This document shows, piece by piece, positions 26,900 to 34,264 of a DNA stretch of 60,247 nucleotides; the first letter of the stretch is position 1; every line of letters begins with the position of its first letter. Made by a program: the position numbers and the translations under genes. The notes under the pieces are model-generated. The model was not told the DNA's origin, did not search any database, and worked only from the letters and a program-made list of their open reading frames with translations. Source of the DNA: a virus (taxonomy: Duplodnaviria; Caudoviricetes); IMG/VR virus record IMGVR_UViG_3300030380_004437, positions 1-60,247 of that record; one strand, written 5' to 3'.

Positions 26900-27140
26900 G
26901 GATATTTCCCTTTGATCTTTTACAACCTTTACAAGTATGCACCACTGATTCTTTATTCCTATCTATAACTGTATAACCACCAACATATTTTATTTTAATT
27001 ACATGAGTCGAGTGATCCATGCTTTCAAGAAAACCGTGTTGGTATTTTGTGCCCATGCGTTTATGACCCTGATACTCACCAAAGTTCACTTCCTGTTTAC
27101 ACAGGTCACACCATTTAAAATTATGTTTTTCTGCTGACAT
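26877..27140 (-). CDS. CxxC-CxxC hypothetical protein
   Basis: CDLC...CKGC; AGGAG RBS. Confidence 0.65.
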   Translation of the reverse strand: MSAEKHNFKWCDLCKQEVNFGEYQGHKRMGTKYQHGFLESMDHSTHVIKIKYVGGYTVIDRNKESVVHTCKGCKRSKGNILGIKLDH

Positions 27141-27251
27141 TTAATTCTCCTATAAGTAGAGTGCTGGACGAGGGAGGAGAATCATCTTTTTAGGGAGAGA
27201 TCGCCCAGCACCTACAAGTAATATAACTCAACGAGTCATATACGACTAGAT

Positions 27252-27569
27252 TTATTTTGAAAGTTTTTCTACTATCTCGATAAATCCACGGTCGACATCG
27301 TATTTGATGTCTTGGTAAGCGTACCTTCGTGACTCAAGTGCTTCACGTACAGTCTTCTTATTGAAGTCTAGTACACGCTCTTGATTATGTGTCACTCTAG
27401 GTATTTTACCAGTTGTGACTATAAAGTGGTCAGGATTATACTTTCCTGGCTTTATAACCTTTTCACCAGACTTAGCAATCTCTGCTAGGTTGGTTGCGAC
27501 AGCTAACTTTATGTTAGCTACCTTTTTAGTTGTGGCAGGTTTAACTACCTTCTTAACACTTTTTTTCAT
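27252..27569 (-). CDS. Small-domain family paralogue 4 with basic N-terminal tail
   Basis: KYNPD...HNQER...KKTVREAL...DIKYDVDRGFIEI; AGGAG RBS. Confidence 0.75.
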   Translation of the reverse strand: MKKSVKKVVKPATTKKVANIKLAVATNLAEIAKSGEKVIKPGKYNPDHFIVTTGKIPRVTHNQERVLDFNKKTVREALESRRYAYQDIKYDVDRGFIEIVEKLSK

Positions 27570-27611
27570 ATCTGCTCCTAAGTTTTGAGTTATTAATTAA
27601 AAAGTTAAGTA

Positions 27612-27640
27612 AGCATAACTTACTAGATATAGAAAGTAAA
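27612..27640 (-). promoter_or_regulatory. Class I promoter (TTTACT-N17-TATGCT)
   Basis: Upstream of paralogue 4; preceded by a class II-like AAGG-CATC-N7-GATC element at 27645-27663. Confidence 0.75.
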
Positions 27641-27751
27641 GCTCGATCATATTATGATGCCTTTCTTGTTAAATTAAATATATCTCTAGATTATATACCA
27701 AGACAATAAGACACATTCCCATGATAAGTATAATAAGATCTCTTATATCTA

Positions 27752-27901
27752 TCATCTTCCTTGTCCTCTATATGCTTTATAAGACCTTCTCTTATTTTTA
27801 TTCATAGTCGAGAAACCTACATTGCCTCGACCTTGAGAAGTTTTCTTACCACGTGATCCGCACTTCGGCACATGGGCAGTAGTTCCTAATCTTATTTTCA
27901 T
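27752..27901 (-). CDS. Small basic protein (49 aa, ...KKTSQGRG...MNKNKRRSYKAYRGQGR)
   Basis: ATGA coupling; not in track. Confidence 0.6.
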   Translation of the reverse strand: MKIRLGTTAHVPKCGSRGKKTSQGRGNVGFSTMNKNKRRSYKAYRGQGR

Positions 27902-28407
27902 AAGTATTTACTCCTTATGGTATCAGTAGCTGTACATTTTTCACATAGAAACAAGCCGTGCTCTTTGACTACGGCTGGTGCGTCACAATTATCACAGTAC
28001 ATTTGGGTATTGTTTATATAGTCCTCAATACGTTTTACAAGTATTTTAGCACGTTTATTACGACCCCACGCTCCAGTTTTAACAGGTAAATCTAAAGCTT
28101 TACATATCTCAGCGAGAAATTCCATATTATTTACGGCTATAACTTCGTCCATAGGTTTATCATCTTTACCATATATTTGACCGTTAAACAACGCAAACAT
28201 ATCGAGAGGATTACTTTTATGAATTTTAGTGACATATTCGACAAACCTATCAGGGACACCTACCTTCCTAAAAAAGCTAGGGTGGAAAAAGCCGTAGCCA
28301 TCAGCTACGACACACTCCTGTGCCCAGTCATAGATAGATCGTTTTACATCACGAGCCATAAAATAATATTCAACATCATCACTAGTATTTAAGTTTTTAT
28401 ATTTCAT
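27898..28407 (-). CDS. Hypothetical protein with C-terminal CxxC-CxxC
   Basis: AAGGAG RBS; CDNC...CEKC. Confidence 0.65.
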   Translation of the reverse strand: MKYKNLNTSDDVEYYFMARDVKRSIYDWAQECVVADGYGFFHPSFFRKVGVPDRFVEYVTKIHKSNPLDMFALFNGQIYGKDDKPMDEVIAVNNMEFLAEICKALDLPVKTGAWGRNKRAKILVKRIEDYINNTQMYCDNCDAPAVVKEHGLFLCEKCTATDTIRSKYL

Positions 28408-28463
28408 ATTACTCCTTATTTATAAACCTTTATTTTAGTAAACATCAAAGTGAGATAAAAGCA

Positions 28464-28652
28464 TCAATCCTTTTTCTTCATTTTTCTTTTATATTCATCA
28501 CGCATTATCATTGTTATTTCTTTCATGTTTTCAGTAGTATAGGGTGCATCGCCTAAGAATTCATAAGACATATCAGGTAGTTCATTAGAGCCTTTGTATT
28601 TGTTGTTCCAGTTTTCCTTTTTATTTTTGTTCCAGTTCTTCCTTTTACTCAT
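28464..28652 (-). CDS. Small basic hypothetical protein
   Basis: ORF track. Confidence 0.5.
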   Translation of the reverse strand: MSKRKNWNKNKKENWNNKYKGSNELPDMSYEFLGDAPYTTENMKEITMIMRDEYKRKMKKKD

Positions 28653-28790
28653 TGGTTGACCTGCTGTGTAAGATTAACTGCCTTATAAAAACCCTTAAAA
28701 ATATAAAGGGTGCGTCTACGCAGTGTCACACACATCTTACTTTGGTTCTCACTCCAGCAGGCAAAAGCAGAGGAGGATTGCAGACGCTTC

Positions 28791-29342
28791 TTAAAAAACA
28801 TTCTTATACCTCTCGTATAGTTCTTCTCTTTCGTTTACCAATTGTTTGTAATCTTTTACTTTGAAATTATCATAGTATTTTGTTTTTTGTAGCTTTCTGC
28901 TTTCATGTACTAAATCACTAAGCTTCTGGACAAAGATCATAGGATACGGTCCAACTTCCTCGTCATTGTATGCATTAGTACCGAACAGCTCAATACCTTC
29001 TTCGGTATCATCAGGGTGGCTACCCATTATAAATATGTCTTTTTTCCATAAGATACATTGATTTTGTTTAGTTATGAAATTATTAAACTCAGTAAATGAC
29101 CTTTCGTTAAAGGTACTGACGAGTATAAGAATATCCTCTTTATGATGATCAAAAGTAGGAATAAATTTTTCGTAGAAAGACTCAGAAAATAAACTTGTAT
29201 TTATTTCTATTCTAGCCCTGTCCTCATGTAATGCTTTAGCAGCATATGGGCACACAGGCAACCAATCTAATAACTCGTTCGGTTTAGCTAAAAATTCGTA
29301 AACCCAACAATGTATATCTTTTTCAATCTTCGATGATAACAT
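28791..29342 (-). CDS. DUF1415-like hypothetical protein
   Basis: WV.EFL.KPN...LPVCPYA.KA...SHPD...PYPMIFVQ. Confidence 0.5.
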   Translation of the reverse strand: MLSSKIEKDIHCWVYEFLAKPNELLDWLPVCPYAAKALHEDRARIEINTSLFSESFYEKFIPTFDHHKEDILILVSTFNERSFTEFNNFITKQNQCILWKKDIFIMGSHPDDTEEGIELFGTNAYNDEEVGPYPMIFVQKLSDLVHESRKLQKTKYYDNFKVKDYKQLVNEREELYERYKNVF

Positions 29343-29604
29343 CCTCGAGTACTCCTTCCTTATTTACTCGTACACTGTGTGAGAAACCTTTTTCTTCAGG
29401 TTTATGCTCTGTCATAGCTTTAGAAAACTCGGGACTTATATAGCCCCTATTTTCTAATTTTTGGTTATTTTGTATTACTTGTGCTATGCGTTTAGCATAA
29501 CTATTGGGGTCAGCTATAAATTGGTAAGACTCTTGATTACCTTGAGAGTCCCAACCTGTTTCAGTATAACCTTCCTCTGTGACTTTAAATTTAAAATATG
29601 TCAT
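29323..29604 (-). CDS. Early hypothetical protein
   Basis: GGAGG RBS and own promoter. Confidence 0.65.
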   Translation of the reverse strand: MTYFKFKVTEEGYTETGWDSQGNQESYQFIADPNSYAKRIAQVIQNNQKLENRGYISPEFSKAMTEHKPEEKGFSHSVRVNKEGVLEDVIIED

Positions 29605-29633
29605 AAGTTCCTCCGTTTAATTATATTTAATTA

Positions 29634-29662
29634 AGTATAGCTAGGATGTATTATCATCACTA
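29634..29662 (-). promoter_or_regulatory. Class II promoter variant (TAGT-GATG/CATC) inside the terS 3' end
   Basis: TAGTGATGATAATACATCCTAGCTATACT. Confidence 0.75.
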
Positions 29663-30159
29663 GCATTTTTCGTTATTATCCTTTGCTCCTCTTCTTCTAG
29701 TTCTTCAGGCTCCACTTCTATTATCTTGCCAGCAGGTAATACACCACCTGTATCATAATATAGTTGCTTCATACGTTCAAGCACTTCTTCTTTTGACATG
29801 GTATCTACTCTGTTTACAGTAAGTTCACTTCTGTTTACATATAGACCTGCAGCTTTACCACGAGCCACCTCTGCTGTTACTGCTGCAGAGAAAGCGTTAT
29901 TACGCATAGCACCGTCACGAATATCTTTTAAATCCTTTAAATGAGTTCCTAAACTAAGTTCTGCCTTATCTGCAGCTTTTTCTTGTAACTCACCTATTCT
30001 CTTTTGAACTAATGGATTATCTTTACTCGTTAGCACTGTACCAGCTTTCCCTGCATTCTTCTCGCTATACCCAGCGTGTTTTGCAGCATCTTTTTTACTC
30101 ATGCCTTTAGCGACATTTTGAGCAAACTTTTCTTGTTTTGGTGTTAGCTTATCCGCCAT
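29641..30159 (-). CDS. terS: Terminase small subunit
   Basis: LTPKQEKFAQNVAKGMSKKDAAKHAGYSEK...ARGKAAGLY pattern. Confidence 0.75.
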   Translation of the reverse strand: MADKLTPKQEKFAQNVAKGMSKKDAAKHAGYSEKNAGKAGTVLTSKDNPLVQKRIGELQEKAADKAELSLGTHLKDLKDIRDGAMRNNAFSAAVTAEVARGKAAGLYVNRSELTVNRVDTMSKEEVLERMKQLYYDTGGVLPAGKIIEVEPEELEEEEQRIITKNASDDNTS

Positions 30160-30380
30160 ACTCTAAACTGTGTCATACCATCTTCAAATACTTTTCTGGT
30201 GGTAAACTTTTTATCGTTTCTTCTACAGTATTGACTTAAAGCCACTCTCATTTTTTGAACTAGTGTTGGCTCAAAAACAACTGCATAACTGTCACCAATG
30301 TCCATCTTATGGTAATTATACTTGTTATTTCTCGGACCATCATAATTTTCAGGTATGGGTACATTCTTTTCAAAGTCCAT
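30144..30380 (-). CDS. Small putative DNA-binding protein (start likely MDFEKNVPIP)
   Basis: EKNVPIP...KY....MDIGDS...FTTR...RVWR motif common in phages. Confidence 0.55.
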   Translation of the reverse strand: MDFEKNVPIPENYDGPRNNKYNYHKMDIGDSYAVVFEPTLVQKMRVALSQYCRRNDKKFTTRKVFEDGMTQFRVWRIS

Positions 30381-30381
30381 A

Positions 30382-30711
30382 CTATGCCTCAACTATGTCA
30401 AGTTTTTCCCAGCTGTTCCAGTCAACATCAATAATAGTTCTTTCCTGACCTGTTCCAGGAATATATATTGACGCTCTAATATGTGGAGCAACTTTTTCAC
30501 CTTGAGCATGCTCATGTATCATAAGGGCAGTCATAGGAAACTTAACCTCATTAATATCCATGTGCATTTTTTCTAGCTCTTTAATTAAGAAAGGTTTGAG
30601 TTTAGTTTCATCGAGTTGTCGATTATACTCGTTCTCTCTACCCTTTTTAATTATATTTTGCAGCTGTTTAAAGGTTGCTACTTTACCTTTTAGAGACATC
30701 GCTCTAGCCAT
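30382..30711 (-). CDS. Hypothetical protein
   Basis: Tightly packed ORF. Confidence 0.6.
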   Translation of the reverse strand: MARAMSLKGKVATFKQLQNIIKKGRENEYNRQLDETKLKPFLIKELEKMHMDINEVKFPMTALMIHEHAQGEKVAPHIRASIYIPGTGQERTIIDVDWNSWEKLDIVEA

Positions 30712-30712
30712 A

Positions 30713-31273
30713 TTACACCTCTTCTGCGTATTTGGATTTTACGTCATACTTTATATCACCTAGTTTTAGATCACTGTGTTTTTCTAACAACTCAGCAACG
30801 GTTAGTTCACCAGTGTAATAAAGTTGTCTGGTTTTATTTTTATCAGATGAAGGAACTTTATCAGTAGCTTTCACCTTACTCTCCATGTTAATGCTTGACA
30901 CACGAACCACTTTCTTCTGCACAGGTTTCCTAAACGTAGGTTTCTTTACTACGTTTGAGTGAAACGCTACAGAGTGTGGGTCAAAGTCAGAGTCATTAGG
31001 CTCTTTAGCCAGTGGTAGAAGTAATTTATAGAGTTTTCTGCATGCGTCTTGTTTATCTTTGTACTTAAACTTTTTCAAGTTATGGCACTCAATAATTTTA
31101 TCTAGATGTTCCACAGTAAACCATGAAGGATAGGCAAATTTATTAGGGTCACCTAATATAAGTGAGCCACCTCTAATTCTACCTGACTTTACACTGTTCA
31201 CACGTACTACTCTTTTGTAAGTATTACTTATTGGTGTATCTAGAACAAATACTATAGCTTCTTCGTCTAACAT
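30713..31273 (-). CDS. Two-domain protein; C-terminus is small-domain family paralogue 5
   Basis: KNKTR...ELTVAELL...GDIKYDVKSKY. Confidence 0.7.
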   Translation of the reverse strand: MLDEEAIVFVLDTPISNTYKRVVRVNSVKSGRIRGGSLILGDPNKFAYPSWFTVEHLDKIIECHNLKKFKYKDKQDACRKLYKLLLPLAKEPNDSDFDPHSVAFHSNVVKKPTFRKPVQKKVVRVSSINMESKVKATDKVPSSDKNKTRQLYYTGELTVAELLEKHSDLKLGDIKYDVKSKYAEEV

Positions 31274-31294
31274 AATTACTTAAAATAAAAGCTA

Positions 31295-31323
31295 AGCATA
31301 TATAACAATAAGTTAAAAGTAAA
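31295..31323 (-). promoter_or_regulatory. Class I promoter (TTTACT-N17-TATGCT)
   Basis: Upstream of paralogue 5. Confidence 0.75.
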
Positions 31324-31353
31324 GGATAATGTAAAATTCTTGTTAAAAAAATT

Positions 31354-31644
31354 TTAGTGAAGACTGTCTTCTTCGTCTCTAAAATCAGTTCCGAAATGAT
31401 AACTCAAAGCAAGATCCATTGCGGAATGCATCACCTCTCTTAAATTATCTTCTTCAAATACATGACCACTTGGTACAGTGGTTTCAAAAAAATCTATAGC
31501 TGATTGAACAGCAGCAAATAAAAATGCTGCAGGCACCACGCTATCTGGTGCTTCTATATTTTCTGATATGTGTTTTGACTCTTCGACAAGAAGCCGAGCT
31601 AACTCTTCAGTTAGCTCAGACATCTCGTCGAAAGTCATAGCCAT
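31354..31644 (-). CDS. Acidic hypothetical protein
   Basis: TAATG coupled. Confidence 0.6.
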   Translation of the reverse strand: MAMTFDEMSELTEELARLLVEESKHISENIEAPDSVVPAAFLFAAVQSAIDFFETTVPSGHVFEEDNLREVMHSAMDLALSYHFGTDFRDEEDSLH

Positions 31645-32672
31645 TATGCAGCTTTGGCATACTCCAGAGCTTTTGATATAGCTTTCTGCTTAAGTGATGC
31701 ACGACTACCAAACCACGCATTATGTAATGCTGCGTCTCTGTCATGACCCCACTTATGATCAACTATAAAAGTGACAGCATTAGCAGCACCCCACCAAGTA
31801 CCCTTAGAGGACTTGAGGTTAGCTCCTGGCTGTTCTTCTAAAGCTTGATGTACCATTGCTGGTACACGCTTAAACTCATCAACCATTGATTGACGTGTTG
31901 CTATAGCTTTTATATCACTCATTTGCTCCATATTCTTTTGCTGTTCCAATAATTCTGGTTGAAATAGCTCAGATATATATGATACTACATTTTGTGACGT
32001 ATAGTTCTTAGAACTTAAGAACTCGGCAGACTCTTTAAAGTCTTTCATACGATCACCAGCGATACCTAGTGCTTCCTCTGCAGACTTAAATACATCCGCA
32101 TCAAGAGCCGTTAAATGAGGCATCTTAAATGAAGGTCTAGTCTTATCTGCTAAAGCATAGGTAAGAGTGTTGTTACAAACTACCCTAATAGGTGTAAACC
32201 TAATCTCGTTAGCTTTGCCCCACTTATGAGATACAGAAACTAGTAAATAACCTAGTACTCTGTCATCTCCAGGAAGCGTAAAACCATCATTGATTTTAGC
32301 TAAGCCCCAGACTTGTTCACCACCTTTTAAGGCACCAGCTGTATCCATCGACATATCGCCTACGCTAGTAAATTTCTCAAAAAATTTAAAAGCGTCAGCA
32401 TTTTGTGACGGTACAAACTTTGGACCACAAGGACCAAAGGTTTTGTTATCACTATCTCTTACTAGAACGTAATAATCATTAACAGGTATAACCTCTTTAC
32501 TATTATCTACGCTTGGCTCAGAGTGTGTGAATAAATGCCTTTTACTTACTGTCCAATCAAGTCCAGCAGCAACAAGCATTTCATCAGGGGTAAGGTTATC
32601 TTCAACCTTAACACCTAATCCGTGCCAGGGAACTTCCCCAGCATAAGCCATTGTTTCTACGGCATGTGCCAT
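31644..32672 (-). CDS. DUF932/DUF945 family protein
   Basis: MAHAVETMAYAGEVPWHGLG...AGLDWTV...TAGALKGG...FTPIRVVCNNTL. Confidence 0.85.
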   Translation of the reverse strand: MAHAVETMAYAGEVPWHGLGVKVEDNLTPDEMLVAAGLDWTVSKRHLFTHSEPSVDNSKEVIPVNDYYVLVRDSDNKTFGPCGPKFVPSQNADAFKFFEKFTSVGDMSMDTAGALKGGEQVWGLAKINDGFTLPGDDRVLGYLLVSVSHKWGKANEIRFTPIRVVCNNTLTYALADKTRPSFKMPHLTALDADVFKSAEEALGIAGDRMKDFKESAEFLSSKNYTSQNVVSYISELFQPELLEQQKNMEQMSDIKAIATRQSMVDEFKRVPAMVHQALEEQPGANLKSSKGTWWGAANAVTFIVDHKWGHDRDAALHNAWFGSRASLKQKAISKALEYAKAA

Positions 32673-32724
32673 AATTACCTCCTTTTAATAAAAGTTAAAA
32701 GTTAGGGGTACTATAAGCTAATGA

Positions 32725-33132
32725 CTACGAGATAATAGCATGTTCTTTAAGAACATTAACAAGTAGATCAAGCCAATGATCAAAAGTCATCACACATTTT
32801 ATGTCAGAATTTTTATACTTATTATTAATATAATTAATAGGTACAACGACTCTTATAGGTTGTCTATCAAACTTATATATAAGTATAGGTATTTGATCGT
32901 CAGCAGATTTTAAAACTTGATTCCACCATGCATCTTTATACCAACTACCTTCTCTATATCTTTTACATTCAATAACGTGTAGAGGAATAGTTAAATCGCC
33001 TTTGTCTTTTTCTTGATACTGTTCAAGGTTTCTTTTACAAACATAATCAATGTTATGCTCACTAAGGAAAGCGTTAAGTTTCTTAGCAATATCACGTTCA
33101 AATGATGCCCCTTTATTCCTTACATTGATCAT
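32725..33132 (-). CDS. PD-(D/E)XK nuclease, Hjc-like Holliday junction resolvase
   Basis: RNKGASFER...GDL...IECKRY...WWNQ. Confidence 0.7.
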   Translation of the reverse strand: MINVRNKGASFERDIAKKLNAFLSEHNIDYVCKRNLEQYQEKDKGDLTIPLHVIECKRYREGSWYKDAWWNQVLKSADDQIPILIYKFDRQPIRVVVPINYINNKYKNSDIKCVMTFDHWLDLLVNVLKEHAIIS

Positions 33133-33355
33133 CTATCACCTCTATATCTGCTGTAGTTTCTATCACAACTCTAGCACCACAGGGCAGGATGGGTTTATCA
33201 TTACCCCCATACCTGACTGTGCTTTCCCCTAAAATTTTAACTGCGTGACAGTAAGTATTGTTCTTTCCTTCTTTTATAGTAATGACTGGCTCGTCAGTGC
33301 CGTGTTTCAAATTAGCTTTTATTTTGTGTTGATTCACGTGAATGTATTTCTTCAT
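33113..33355 (-). CDS. Conserved phage hypothetical protein
   Basis: IHVNQHKIKAN...PVITIK...CGARVVIET. Confidence 0.65.
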   Translation of the reverse strand: MKKYIHVNQHKIKANLKHGTDEPVITIKEGKNNTYCHAVKILGESTVRYGGNDKPILPCGARVVIETTADIEVIDDQCKE

Positions 33356-33578
33356 CTTGTATCATATCTCTCTTTTGTCTGGGCGTGTAACCTAAAGCCC
33401 AGCAATTTATTACTATAAGTTTTTTCTTTGTGTCTGAATAACTGTTCCAATCTCTTATTTCTTCTTCCGTACGACCACAACCTTTACATATACGAGTACC
33501 AAATTGAGTCACTGAACAAGTACCCACACATGGAGAACTAGACAAGCTTGTTGTTCGATGTAGAGATCTCTGAACCAT
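33312..33578 (-). CDS. DUF1289 family cysteine-rich protein
   Basis: SPCVGTCS...CKGCGRTEEEIRDW. Confidence 0.7.
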   Translation of the reverse strand: MVQRSLHRTTSLSSSPCVGTCSVTQFGTRICKGCGRTEEEIRDWNSYSDTKKKLIVINCWALGYTPRQKRDMIQDEEIHSRESTQNKS

Positions 33579-33858
33579 TTTTACTTTTTATGAGTCGTAT
33601 ACCATTTTCCCTGAGCCATCCTCTCAATACATCATTATGTATATCTGGATATCTTTCTTTGACTTTTTTGCAGACCTCATTATATACTCTTAAACCCTTG
33701 TAGTAATCACTATGTCCTAACCTGCACATACGAATTATTTGCCATACCCTCTGTTTTGTAATTTTATATTTCATACCTATCTCCTCTAAAGTAGCATCAG
33801 AATTTTTGTATATCATATAGATATTGAAGTACATTCTTTTTTTATCTTGCCGTTTCAT
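33538..33858 (-). CDS. Stand-alone sigma70 region 4-like HTH protein
   Basis: TLEEIGMKYKITKQRVWQI vs sigma70 r4.2 TLEEVGKQFDVTRERIRQI. Confidence 0.65.
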   Translation of the reverse strand: MKRQDKKRMYFNIYMIYKNSDATLEEIGMKYKITKQRVWQIIRMCRLGHSDYYKGLRVYNEVCKKVKERYPDIHNDVLRGWLRENGIRLIKSKNGSEISTSNNKLV

Positions 33859-34264
33859 TTGTTATGTTCTCCCTCAAAGAAGTGCTAGAAAATTCATGTT
33901 GTCTAGAGTTATAATAAATTTCTTTATTAGAGCATGAGTTATTAAACTCTGTCCAACCAGTAAATGCTTTTCCTTTATATTCCTCCCCTATTATTCTTAT
34001 ATCCCACCTTACCATATTCAGTAGGTTCAATAAATCTTGCTCTGTTTCATAACAAATTATTTCGTCCACATATCTACAACCTTTTAATTGTATTTGTCTT
34101 TCTATCAAACTTTGCACAGGTTTATTTTTATTTGATCTTTCTACGCTAGGGTCAGTGTGTAGTCCTACAATTAAATAGTCACAGACACCTTTAGCTTCTT
34201 CTAACATAGCAACATGTCCTGCGTGCAATAAATCAAAAGCACTAAATGTTATACCTATCTTCAT
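33842..34264 (-). CDS. HIGH-motif cytidylyltransferase (TagD-like glycerol-3-phosphate cytidylyltransferase family)
   Basis: FSAFDLLHAGH...LIVGL...KPVQSLIER...VDEI...SSTSLR. Confidence 0.85.
   Translation of the reverse strand: MKIGITFSAFDLLHAGHVAMLEEAKGVCDYLIVGLHTDPSVERSNKNKPVQSLIERQIQLKGCRYVDEIICYETEQDLLNLLNMVRWDIRIIGEEYKGKAFTGWTEFNNSCSNKEIYYNSRQHEFSSTSLRENITNETAR

Noticed and set aside
19811-29662. Dam (GATC) methylation as the explanation of the motifs
   Set aside because: Boxes are often CATC or GATG, blocks include CATG, no methyltransferase is recognised, and Dam would not explain avoidance of all TG/TC/CA/GA steps
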